This document shows positions 47,155 through 55,654 of a stretch of 64,000 bases of DNA, in pieces (position 1 is the first letter of the stretch; each line of letters opens with the position of its first letter). A program made the translations under genes and the position numbers. Below the pieces are notes generated by a model, which saw nothing but the letters and a program-made list of their open reading frames with translations, did no database searches and was not told the DNA's origin. The DNA is from a virus, in the UHGV virus genome UHGV-1430915. One strand, 5' to 3'.

Positions 47155-47688
47155 ATGACTTGTGCTAGAAAACCTGACGAACAACGTAACGCCTATGATG
47201 AATATGTGACACCAGAGTGGTGTGCAGAAGGGTTGTATGACCTCATTCCGTTCCCAGAAGATTGGACCTATTTGGAGCCTTGCAGGAATAGCGCCTCAGG
47301 TGTGTTCTACTCCCGTATGCCGTTAGGATCTGCATGGGGAGAAATCCAAGAAGGTGTTGACTATCTGAATACAGAATACAACCATGTTGACTGTATTATC
47401 ACCAACCCGCCGTACAGCCTGGCTCGTGAGTTTGTGGACAAGGCGTTGAAAGATGCCGACGTAGTTATTATGCTTTTGCGTCTTAATTTTCTGGAAAGCA
47501 AGGCCAGATTTGAATGGTGGCTTGATAATGCCCCTACCACTGTGATCACAATATCTAAGCGTCCATCATTCCAATCGAATGGCAGAACTGACGGGCAAGC
47601 ATATGCATATTTTGTGTGGGACAAGAAGAACCGTTTAGACCTACCGCCATTTATGTGGTTGGCACCTCCGGAGGCAGACTTGAAATGA
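47155..47688 (+). CDS. Dam-like N6-adenine DNA methyltransferase (NPPY)
   Basis: YVTPEW N-terminal block and IITNPPYS catalytic motif, 177 aa. Confidence 0.6.
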   Translation: MTCARKPDEQRNAYDEYVTPEWCAEGLYDLIPFPEDWTYLEPCRNSASGVFYSRMPLGSAWGEIQEGVDYLNTEYNHVDCIITNPPYSLAREFVDKALKDADVVIMLLRLNFLESKARFEWWLDNAPTTVITISKRPSFQSNGRTDGQAYAYFVWDKKNRLDLPPFMWLAPPEADLK

Positions 47689-47969
47689 AAATGAGTGCTA
47701 AGGACAAGTTGCACCAGTTAGCGCTAAAACGTCCTGTAACTCTCCCTGACGAGCTTAACTCCATTTATGATGCGATTGTAGGGGAGATACAAAATAAGGC
47801 GTTAGCAGGCTTTCTGGGATGCGGATTTTCGATAAATCTTCCATCACACCTCTCAGACTACTTACCACACATCGTTGGGGATTTGAGGGCAGGAGGTCTG
47901 CAGGTGGATGTTGTTGGCATCTCCCCGGAGAAAAATAACACAGTTGCCTACTTGACAGTGACCTGGTAG
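47685..47969 (+). CDS. hypothetical protein
   Basis: ATGA overlap with methyltransferase stop. Confidence 0.4.
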   Translation: MKMSAKDKLHQLALKRPVTLPDELNSIYDAIVGEIQNKALAGFLGCGFSINLPSHLSDYLPHIVGDLRAGGLQVDVVGISPEKNNTVAYLTVTW

Positions 47970-48004
47970 TAGTGTATTTTGTTTTCAACAAGAGGGGGTC
48001 ATCT

Positions 48005-48244
48005 ATGTATAAGTCATTTTCAATCTACTCAAGACAGACAAAACACTACACAGAGATTCTGATCACTCAGAAAAAATCTGTGGAAGGTGAGTGGGAATAT
48101 CATCATAAAATGTTGCGTCCAGACTGGGTTTTTGATAGGCTTATTGCTATGATCCCTCTTGGAGAAGTATACCCTCTGACAGGTCATAGGGATGCTTGGG
48201 ATTTAATTGACTATATAGATTCATTTAAGGAGCCTAGATTATGA
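48005..48244 (+). CDS. hypothetical protein
   Basis: GAGGGGG RBS before ATG. Confidence 0.4.
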   Translation: MYKSFSIYSRQTKHYTEILITQKKSVEGEWEYHHKMLRPDWVFDRLIAMIPLGEVYPLTGHRDAWDLIDYIDSFKEPRL

Positions 48245-48639
48245 AGATTGAGATTACTGAAGAAGGTAAGAAAGTCTCTGGTAACTATGCAACAGTTATC
48301 CGTGATGTAATGTTCGAAGTCACTAAGATTGGCACATCCAAGGTTGGTCAAACGGTGAGTGTGCAAGGTAATATCACCTCAGGAGAGAAGATATTCATCG
48401 TAATAAAAGGCCAGGACCCTGTAGAAGGGACAGTTGGACGTGGCGGATACCTGTGTATCTCTGAAGAGCCTCGCATGCTAGTTGCTGATAACTCTACAGG
48501 TAAAAAGCGGGTATGTAACACGGACGAGGTGATGATTATCTATCCAGTCAACCCGGATGATCCGGCAACATGGATTGTGGGAAATGAAATCTTCTCTTTA
48601 GAAGAGTTATCCTTCCCAGCTCCGCGATCTGTTCAGTAA
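48241..48639 (+). CDS. hypothetical protein
   Basis: 132-aa ORF, MKIEIT start. Confidence 0.45.
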   Translation: MKIEITEEGKKVSGNYATVIRDVMFEVTKIGTSKVGQTVSVQGNITSGEKIFIVIKGQDPVEGTVGRGGYLCISEEPRMLVADNSTGKKRVCNTDEVMIIYPVNPDDPATWIVGNEIFSLEELSFPAPRSVQ

Positions 48640-48678
48640 TAATTTATCTTACCAGGGACGGTAAAAGTAGGAGGTAGC

Positions 48679-48912
48679 ATGAAAGTTAAATTTCTTACAG
48701 ATTTAGGGTACCCTTCCTTGGTTGACTGTGTTGGTAAAATTGTGGAAGCAAAACGGCTATCTGCAAACGATAATGTTGTCATGGTTAAGGGAAAAGATTT
48801 ACTAGCTGCAGGTGCAGAGTCTGGCAGGATCTCTCCTGACTATACGTATTACCTGTCTTTAAGTAATCTACCAGAACGAGGCGGCAAAGGCCTTGAAGTT
48901 GTGGAGGAGTGA
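48679..48912 (+). CDS. small protein, MKVK paralog family
   Basis: Shares MKVK..D..Y.G....GK.....KG.DL.AAGA pattern with ORFs at 52236, 52453, 54590. Confidence 0.5.
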   Translation: MKVKFLTDLGYPSLVDCVGKIVEAKRLSANDNVVMVKGKDLLAAGAESGRISPDYTYYLSLSNLPERGGKGLEVVEE

Positions 48913-49454
48913 CAGGTATGCTTCTGATTAACTGGGAAGACCTCTATGGGGACAAAGACCCTGTTGCGTTTGTTGATCGTAGGTGGAGGTACACTGAAGA
49001 ACAACTGGCTGCAAAAAATTTAACTGCAAAACGCAGAAAGATCATCCAGTGCAAGTACAAATACGCACAGTTTGCTGCAAAAGTGTCTCCACAAATCGAG
49101 AGTTTTGTACTTAAATTGTATGACGAGTACCTCAAATTCAAATTGGATTTTGTACAGGTATACCGTGCACAGGTACGTCCAGATACCAACATCTGTAGAT
49201 GGAAGGTTGTTTGTGATGGTAAAGATTTGCCGCTCAGTTTGACAATTGAGTGGCGTTGGGGGTATCATGAGTGCGGTTTGTATGATATTTGGGATGTCAT
49301 TGTAGATCCTGCTAAGTACCTGAACACAGAGGAGCTGGAATATATCAATAAGGTTATTCTAGATATGTTTTTCAGCTACACCCATGAAAACTCTGAGAAA
49401 GAACGGGATAATTTTCTTGACACCCTCGGCAACCACCTGCAGTGTACAATTTAA
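48909..49454 (+). CDS. hypothetical protein
   Basis: 181-aa ORF. Confidence 0.45.
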   Translation: MTGMLLINWEDLYGDKDPVAFVDRRWRYTEEQLAAKNLTAKRRKIIQCKYKYAQFAAKVSPQIESFVLKLYDEYLKFKLDFVQVYRAQVRPDTNICRWKVVCDGKDLPLSLTIEWRWGYHECGLYDIWDVIVDPAKYLNTEELEYINKVILDMFFSYTHENSEKERDNFLDTLGNHLQCTI

Positions 49455-49472
49455 CCTACAAAGGAGGAGCCA

Positions 49473-49709
49473 ATGAGTATAGATGCTGTGCTGATAGGTT
49501 ACCTGGTAGTAGCTGTTATAACAGCAGTAATCTTGGCAGGTATATGCATCGTGTCTACCCGAAGGGTGAAGTTTGATGATTTTATCACCATCATCACTGC
49601 TGCGCCCTTTTGGCCTGTTGTTATCTTCATCGTAATAATGTGCCTAGTTGATTACCACAAGAATATCCGTAAGGAGAAAAAGGAGAGTAGGGATGGATAC
49701 CGCACCTAA
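49473..49709 (+). CDS. small two-transmembrane protein (holin-like)
   Basis: Two hydrophobic helices and charged C-terminal tail KNIRKEKKESRDGYRT; 78 aa. Confidence 0.35.
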   Translation: MSIDAVLIGYLVVAVITAVILAGICIVSTRRVKFDDFITIITAAPFWPVVIFIVIMCLVDYHKNIRKEKKESRDGYRT

Positions 49710-49928
49710 AACTGTTTATACTGTTCTTAAAGAGATTGCATTCTACGCAGATCTTAGCCGGGCACCTTTATGGGAAAAGAATATGTATTTAAAATGGTGC
49801 GTGAAATTAGGGGGGCCTTCTAATGTTTCAAGCCATGTTTATTGAAATGCTCTCTGGGGTATTACTGCTGGTAGCCATTTTAGGTGGCGCGGCGCTGATG
49901 TATAATTATCTTGAAAAAGGGGACAGTA

Positions 49929-50114
49929 ATGACAAAAAATAAATCCTTAGAACAGGCTGAAAACCTTCTCCACGAGCTGGTAAAGGAGTGGAAAGTTGAA
50001 TACTCAGATTTTAATGCAAGAGAGGGGGAAGATTATTGGCCTACGGAGCGCTCAGAGGGAGAGTGGTATCAAGATTTCATAGAATGGCTATATCAGACGT
50101 GCGATGAGGGGTGA
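49929..50114 (+). CDS. hypothetical protein
   Basis: Start at ATG MTKNK; acidic. Confidence 0.35.
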   Translation: MTKNKSLEQAENLLHELVKEWKVEYSDFNAREGEDYWPTERSEGEWYQDFIEWLYQTCDEG

Positions 50115-50572
50115 CGATGTTTGTTAAATATGTAAAAACGTGCCTCAACAACCTTGGTAGAGAGCATTGGTACACACTGCTTGAAAAAGGAGAAATTTTA
50201 ACAAAATCTGGAAAGATAACTTTGATACCTTTGGACGATAAAGACCCGTCACTACTTGTCATAGATGATTACGTTACAGGTGTGTCGTACGAGGTATCTG
50301 TGGAGAGGTTAATACGCAGATCTGGAGGTCCTTATGACCGAAGAGAGTATGTTTTCGATTCCGTTACAGAGAAGGAAGATCCGTCTCTAATGTTTAGGAT
50401 GGTAATCAGGGATATGAAATCATCTATAAATAGGATCGTAAAGGACATTAAGGAGCCTTTTAGGGTAAAAGTTAAGAAGTTTTTTGATTCTAAGATCAAC
50501 ATACTTGCAGTTGTGCTAGGCGTAATTCAACTTCTGTTAATTTTGCACTATTTTGAACTGTTGTTTAAGTAA
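50111..50572 (+). CDS. hypothetical protein with C-terminal hydrophobic helix
   Basis: 153-aa ORF. Confidence 0.4.
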   Translation: MTMFVKYVKTCLNNLGREHWYTLLEKGEILTKSGKITLIPLDDKDPSLLVIDDYVTGVSYEVSVERLIRRSGGPYDRREYVFDSVTEKEDPSLMFRMVIRDMKSSINRIVKDIKEPFRVKVKKFFDSKINILAVVLGVIQLLLILHYFELLFK

Positions 50573-50632
50573 TGTGCATTATGGCACAAAGGATGTGCCA
50601 TAACTAAATAAACTAAGAAAGAGGTAGAGAGA

Positions 50633-50980
50633 ATGTCAAAGATTAAATCGATATTAATGTGGGTGGCTGTTGTAGCTTTTGTAGGATACTGGACTTGGGA
50701 AACTGAATTAAAAGATATTGGGTATACCAGTCTTGAGAGTAAGGCGTGCATTGGCATAACCGATGCATTCAGGCAGAATGCTATGGATCACGAATGTGTC
50801 GATGCAGATATAGATGAGAAACTGTCTAAGGACAAAGATTTTTACCATGGTCATGCCTTGCTTGATAGTGGTGATACTGTAGAATTCTGGTCGTGGTTCC
50901 GTGAAGATGGGACAATAAAGACAGCAGTAAAGATTTCCAACAAAGAGTTGATGCTGTTGCAGCAGAAGGAGGTGCAATGA
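50633..50980 (+). CDS. hypothetical membrane-anchored protein
   Basis: N-terminal TM helix; RBS AAGAAAGAGG. Confidence 0.45.
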   Translation: MSKIKSILMWVAVVAFVGYWTWETELKDIGYTSLESKACIGITDAFRQNAMDHECVDADIDEKLSKDKDFYHGHALLDSGDTVEFWSWFREDGTIKTAVKISNKELMLLQQKEVQ

Positions 50981-51264
50981 TCTGGATATCCTACGCTGAT
51001 GGCACTATGCTGTATACTGCAGGTACTAGATATGAAGTTAAGGAGGACGATAAAAAATTTATCGTAAAAACATTTGACAAGGACGACAACCTTTTGCTAG
51101 AATTGACTTACAAGGTTGGGGATGTATCTAGCATCCAATTGGATTGCGGTCATAAAGATAACCCGCTCAAGAAACCTGGGGTAGGTAAAGCTTCAGAAGA
51201 ACGCCTGTCTCGTATTGCAGAAAGCGTTTCTGCACAAAAATCTAAAAAGGGGACTAGAAAATGA
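50977..51264 (+). CDS. hypothetical protein
   Basis: 95-aa ORF, overlapping start/stop. Confidence 0.4.
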   Translation: MIWISYADGTMLYTAGTRYEVKEDDKKFIVKTFDKDDNLLLELTYKVGDVSSIQLDCGHKDNPLKKPGVGKASEERLSRIAESVSAQKSKKGTRK

Positions 51265-51455
51265 AAAACTTACATTTTAACACTTATTACTACAACACTT
51301 TGAATGATTTGTATTATATTGTTCGAAGTAAAAATCCTGAAACAGTCCTATTCTGCCGCGAACCTTTCAAAGGAGAGGAAGTGGAGTCTGAGATGAATGT
51401 TAGCCAGATTACCTCTTTGTTGCTCTCAGGTGCAATGGAAGAAGCAATATTCTAA
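51261..51455 (+). CDS. hypothetical protein
   Basis: 64-aa ORF. Confidence 0.35.
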   Translation: MKNLHFNTYYYNTLNDLYYIVRSKNPETVLFCREPFKGEEVESEMNVSQITSLLLSGAMEEAIF

Positions 51456-51473
51456 ACCAGGCGGGAGGGTTTT

Positions 51474-51662
51474 ATGAAGCACTATTGTCTGTCTGGTAGG
51501 ATGGGGGTGGATTGTGATTGGGTTTTCTTAAAACTTGTCAGCGTTCGAGAGTCCATCCCAGAGGAAGAGCAAGAAAGCGAGCTGATGTCATGGATCAACC
51601 ATTACGGTAACACTTTTCGGCATGTTAAGGTAGAAGAGTTGCCAAGCGAGGCTGAATTATGA
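51474..51662 (+). CDS. hypothetical protein
   Basis: 62-aa ORF. Confidence 0.35.
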   Translation: MKHYCLSGRMGVDCDWVFLKLVSVRESIPEEEQESELMSWINHYGNTFRHVKVEELPSEAEL

Positions 51663-51955
51663 AACTTTTTGAGTGGTTTAAAAAGTTTAAATATAAAGCT
51701 GTAGCCATCGTGCCGTGGTCCATTCAGTGGGTTGATGAAGGTGGTCTACCGATACCTGGTGACAAAGATACTGGGTACTGGATTATGATGGAGAACGGGT
51801 TTGGAAAGCGAAAGTATACGTGCACAAACTCTACTCGATCTGCACTTAATAGAGTGCCTGGTTACAAACTTATGGTTGTGTGGAAAATGTCAGGCGTGCC
51901 TCCAGCCAATGCTCAATTTCTTACTGACAATCCGACCACGGTAGAGGGAGATTGA
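51659..51955 (+). CDS. hypothetical protein
   Basis: 98-aa ORF. Confidence 0.4.
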   Translation: MKLFEWFKKFKYKAVAIVPWSIQWVDEGGLPIPGDKDTGYWIMMENGFGKRKYTCTNSTRSALNRVPGYKLMVVWKMSGVPPANAQFLTDNPTTVEGD

Positions 51956-52239
51956 TAATGAAAAAGATTAACAGTAGTGAAGTAGAGTTTAAACTTGTCG
52001 GAAAAGGCACTTACTGGGAAGTTCGTCAAAAGGTATATTTGTTCGGTCTTATTCCCTACTGGTCTAAATTCTACTGGGGAGCTAACGAGTTGGGAAGATA
52101 CGCCACCAAATCAATGGCACTTATTGGTATAGCAGAGTACATTGCAGCCCGAGACAGGGTTGGAACCACTTATTACTACACTGCTGACGATATTCGTAAC
52201 AGTGTTTACGTCCCACAACCACCTGATGGAGACCGTTGA
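51952..52239 (+). CDS. hypothetical protein
   Basis: 95-aa ORF. Confidence 0.4.
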   Translation: MIMKKINSSEVEFKLVGKGTYWEVRQKVYLFGLIPYWSKFYWGANELGRYATKSMALIGIAEYIAARDRVGTTYYYTADDIRNSVYVPQPPDGDR

Positions 52240-52463
52240 TGAAAGTTAAAGTTTTAGATTCAAGCTTCTATATTGGTCAGGAGCCTTTAGTAGGAAAAGT
52301 GTTTACTGCTGTCCCTAACGAAGATTACCCTGACCTTTTAAAAATAAAAGGAGCAGATCTTATTGCCGCTGGTGCATCTCAGGAATGCTTTGACAGTCAG
52401 TGGACCTATAACTTTGCCCTAGGTGAGGATGTAGAGGTAGTGGAGGACGATCATGAAGGTTAA
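52236..52463 (+). CDS. small protein, MKVK paralog family
   Basis: Paralog of 48679, 52453, 54590. Confidence 0.5.
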   Translation: MMKVKVLDSSFYIGQEPLVGKVFTAVPNEDYPDLLKIKGADLIAAGASQECFDSQWTYNFALGEDVEVVEDDHEG

Positions 52464-52707
52464 AATTCTTGATTCTAACGTCTACTTGGGACAATCCTTC
52501 CTGAATGGAAAGGTCGTTCCTGCGGTATACTTTGAAGGGTTGCCGTGGGATGATCCTGTGCGGCAACATCACAGTTATGTAGGCCACAACGTGGTGTTTA
52601 TCTTGGGATCAGACCTGATCACCGCTGGTGCACCTGAATATTATTTCGGGGAAGAGTCCTACTATGCCTTTGGGGTAGGGTCAGATGCAGATATTGTAGA
52701 GCTGTGA
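52453..52707 (+). CDS. small protein, MKVK paralog family
   Basis: Paralog of 52236. Confidence 0.5.
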   Translation: MKVKILDSNVYLGQSFLNGKVVPAVYFEGLPWDDPVRQHHSYVGHNVVFILGSDLITAGAPEYYFGEESYYAFGVGSDADIVEL

Positions 52708-52719
52708 TGGGTAACCGTT

Positions 52720-53109
52720 GTGAAAAATAAACTGTTTAAAGTTACAATGAAAATTCGCGGAGCTTGGAGCGTAAAGCAAGGGCGCATCCCAGAGTTTGAG
52801 AAAGACTTCTACGTAGTCTCCACCTCTGAAGAGGCTGCATGCTGGCAGGCTGGATATGCCTATGCAAGAACCTGGTACGAAGGATACCAGACTGGAGGCT
52901 ATGACGGAGAAATTGTCAGCAAGGGTGTGGAAGAAATTAATGTGTTGACAAGTGAAAAAGTTTTTGTTATAGTGCATCCTGATTCTAGAGTGAAGCATTA
53001 CTGGAATGCCAGAACAAAAACCTGGACACCGTTTGCAGATTCTGCTACACCGCTTTTAAACCAGAAAGCTCTTGACTCTGCCCCAAGCTATGTGTTGAAG
53101 AAAAGATAA
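52720..53109 (+). CDS. hypothetical protein, paralog of 54922-55317
   Basis: Shares VHPDSRVKHYWNARTKTWTP versus MRHPHSNIAYYWDVLNNEWTP and other blocks with 54922 ORF. Confidence 0.5.
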   Translation: MKNKLFKVTMKIRGAWSVKQGRIPEFEKDFYVVSTSEEAACWQAGYAYARTWYEGYQTGGYDGEIVSKGVEEINVLTSEKVFVIVHPDSRVKHYWNARTKTWTPFADSATPLLNQKALDSAPSYVLKKR

Positions 53110-53193
53110 GCTGAAATAGTGGGGTACTTACATGATGGATTTAGTTTTGGACACTGATAACACCGAATCGTTTAAAAAGATGGTGTAATAAGC

Positions 53194-53421
53194 ATGGACC
53201 AACCCTGCCATGCCAAGATTGACTCAAAATGGACCTACAAGTTTGACGGTGAGATCTTCGCAAATGATGAGAAGGTCGTGGATGCTGTAGCCATTTTAAA
53301 CGCTTTAGGGTATGACCCTGTGAACTCATTGATCAAGGATCCTGTTGAGTTTGCAGAGTATGTTCGTAAAATGGCAGATCTTGCAGTAGATATTTTAAAA
53401 ACTATCGACGACAAGCTGTAA
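53194..53421 (+). CDS. hypothetical protein
   Basis: 75-aa ORF. Confidence 0.4.
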   Translation: MDQPCHAKIDSKWTYKFDGEIFANDEKVVDAVAILNALGYDPVNSLIKDPVEFAEYVRKMADLAVDILKTIDDKL

Positions 53422-53427
53422 AAACTG

Positions 53428-53456
53428 TTGACACAACACTTGATCTTTAGTATCAT
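53428..53456 (+). promoter_or_regulatory. sigma70-like promoter TTGACA-N17-TATCAT
   Basis: Upstream of HPF-like gene; followed by 5-prime UTR hairpin at 53465-53485. Confidence 0.5.
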
Positions 53457-53503
53457 TATTTTCAAAGAGGGTTTGGTTCCCTCTTCTTTAAAAGGAGCAC
53501 GTT

Positions 53504-53821
53504 ATGCAGATTGAAATCACTGGCAACGTAGATATCACTGAAGGTATGGTGTCTTTCATTTCCCACAAAATGTCCAAACTGGAGCGTTTGCACCCATCTG
53601 CCAACTATGCACGTGTGAGTGTAAAAGTTGAAAATGATCACCAGGAAGTTATGGCTTTTATTTTTGACAATTCTGGGAAAGAAGTTATCGCCAAAGCTAA
53701 AGGTAGCGATGCTTACGAGGCAACTGACCGTATGGTGGATGTTGCAGCACGCCAGTTGGCTAAATGCGGTGGAAAGAAAGGTAAGGGAAAAGGTAAAGTA
53801 AAGATTGACTTTTTAGATTAA
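53504..53821 (+). CDS. ribosome hibernation promoting factor / RaiA (YfiA) family homolog
   Basis: Colinear match to E. coli HPF: MQIEITGNVDITEGM...KLERL...VSVKVE...GKEVIAKAKGSDAYEATDRMVDVAARQLAK versus MQLNITGNNVEITEAL...KLEQY...VVLKVE...GGEIHASAEGQDMYAAIDGLIDKLARQLTK. Confidence 0.75.
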   Translation: MQIEITGNVDITEGMVSFISHKMSKLERLHPSANYARVSVKVENDHQEVMAFIFDNSGKEVIAKAKGSDAYEATDRMVDVAARQLAKCGGKKGKGKGKVKIDFLD

Positions 53822-53959
53822 GGTGCTACAATGGGCATGATTAAGAAATTAGTCCCAAATGTAGAGATTGCATGCTTTGAAATTATGTTTGCAATCGCAG
53901 TTGTAGTTAATGTGTTAGGTTACGGCTATTAATTATCAAATAATTGAGGAGACCTCTAA

Positions 53960-54229
53960 ATGAAAATTAAATTATTCAAAACTGAGCTGGCAGACAAAAA
54001 CTGCGGACTGGTTGAAGGCATGATCGTTGAAGCACAACCAGTTGACTACATGAAGGTGGTTCGTGATGCCCTGGGTGAAGGTTTTGATCTGATGGAGCCA
54101 GCTCTGCGAGAAGATGTCATCGAGATGGCTAAAAAGCACACACCGGAAGGTTTGGTAGTGTTTGTTGCACCAGGTAACGGGGAAGAGTTGATTGTAACTC
54201 CGGATGTGTATGAGGTTGTAGAAGAGTAA
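53960..54229 (+). CDS. hypothetical small acidic protein
   Basis: 89-aa ORF. Confidence 0.45.
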   Translation: MKIKLFKTELADKNCGLVEGMIVEAQPVDYMKVVRDALGEGFDLMEPALREDVIEMAKKHTPEGLVVFVAPGNGEELIVTPDVYEVVEE

Positions 54230-54321
54230 TCCTGCTTGGGTTGGAATACTTTCCTCGACAAGAAAGGTTTATAATTATTTGTGGGAAAGGAATCCCCATC
54301 TCTTACCAGAGGTGATACTAT

Positions 54322-54585
54322 ATGATTGTTTATTTTAAAACTTCAGGTGGATACCCTGATTCTCAAAGCTTGATTGGAAAAACGTGCACAGCATACTCCC
54401 CTCTTGATGAGGAGGTAAGTGGTATCCTACGAGATATGTATCGGATTGATCCACAAGAAGCTTTTGATCAAAACCTTGTATTTGTCAAGGGATCAGACAT
54501 AAAGTCTTTGGGGGCATTCCCTGAAGCAGATGATGATGCTGTTTATTCGTTTATGACACCTTTTGAAGCTATGGTTGTGGGGTAA
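54322..54585 (+). CDS. small protein, related to MKVK family
   Basis: VFVKGSDIKSLGAF resembles family core. Confidence 0.45.
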   Translation: MIVYFKTSGGYPDSQSLIGKTCTAYSPLDEEVSGILRDMYRIDPQEAFDQNLVFVKGSDIKSLGAFPEADDDAVYSFMTPFEAMVVG

Positions 54586-54589
54586 GAAT

Positions 54590-54922
54590 ATGAAAGTACG
54601 CTTTATTGGTGAAACAATTCCTGTGCATCTCCGGTCTCCTGAAGACTCTGCAGATCTTGCATCTCAAAAGGCGAGAGGGTATGATAAGAAAGTGATCTCA
54701 AGCAATGTAGAGCTTGAGGCCACCAGTCTGCCTGACCCAGCTGCATTCTTCAATCATTATGGCTACTATTTTAGCAATCTGATGAATATTGGTGAGCTTG
54801 TGTTTATTAGTGGTGGAGAGATAGTTAGCAAGCTTGGTGGAGATCCGGATATCTTTCATGAAACCTGTCCTTTTGCATTTGTGGTGGGTTCAGATGTGGA
54901 AGTTATTGAGGAGGTTCGGTAA
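54590..54922 (+). CDS. small protein, MKVK paralog family
   Basis: Start at MKVRFIG. Confidence 0.45.
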   Translation: MKVRFIGETIPVHLRSPEDSADLASQKARGYDKKVISSNVELEATSLPDPAAFFNHYGYYFSNLMNIGELVFISGGEIVSKLGGDPDIFHETCPFAFVVGSDVEVIEEVR

Positions 54923-55317
54923 TGGTAAGTCTATACCGTGTTGAGTATAGCTCGGATACTGTATACAACGTAAGAAGCAAAGATCGCAGTGATAGAGTGC
55001 AAGAAATGTATGTTCTTGCAGATAGTCCGTTATCTGCAGCGTTCAAGGCAGGAGCTCTTGCATCTCGTTGGAAATTTGAGGGTGGATCTTTCTATGAAGA
55101 AACCCTCGAAGATTCTGTTGTTATTTCTTCTGTAGAGGTTTCAACCGACTACGAAGGGAAAAAGTTCGTAATGCGGCACCCACACAGCAACATTGCGTAC
55201 TACTGGGATGTTCTGAACAATGAGTGGACCCCTGATCTTCAGAAGGCCACTGTTCTAACCCCATTCCTGGCAGATAAGTTCCCACCAGAAGGTAATTTAT
55301 CTGCACTGTTTCAGTAA
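54922..55317 (+). CDS. hypothetical protein, paralog of 52720-53109
   Basis: See 52720 entry. Confidence 0.5.
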   Translation: MVSLYRVEYSSDTVYNVRSKDRSDRVQEMYVLADSPLSAAFKAGALASRWKFEGGSFYEETLEDSVVISSVEVSTDYEGKKFVMRHPHSNIAYYWDVLNNEWTPDLQKATVLTPFLADKFPPEGNLSALFQ

Positions 55318-55335
55318 TTTTATGCCACACAGGTG

Positions 55336-55364
55336 TTGACAACACCAACCCTGTGTGCAATAAT
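55336..55364 (+). promoter_or_regulatory. sigma70-like promoter with flanking inverted repeat CACACAGG / CCTGTGTG
   Basis: TTGACA at 55336-55341; 8-bp perfect inverted repeat 55326-55333 and 55350-55357 brackets the -35. Confidence 0.4.
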
Positions 55365-55396
55365 ACCTTCATCTTAACAAGATAGGAGACCGATTG

Positions 55397-55654
55397 ATGA
55401 AGATTAAATTGAAAAACCTTGAAACGGCAGAGATTCAGGAAGGTGTTGATTTCCGTTCTAAAGATGGAGACATCCTAGAGGCGAATGTCCCGACATATAA
55501 GTTGATTAAAGGTTTTGGCAACGTTCCGGAGGAGGATATTACAGACATTCTTATGATGTTGATCCTTGACGGGACTGTGTTTGTAGGTGAAGGTGAGAAC
55601 GCTATTGCAATCCCGAGCCATTTTTATGAAGTAGTTGACGAAGAGGTGCTGTAA
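55397..55654 (+). CDS. hypothetical small acidic protein
   Basis: AGGAGA RBS; MKIKLKN start. Confidence 0.45.
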   Translation: MKIKLKNLETAEIQEGVDFRSKDGDILEANVPTYKLIKGFGNVPEEDITDILMMLILDGTVFVGEGENAIAIPSHFYEVVDEEVL

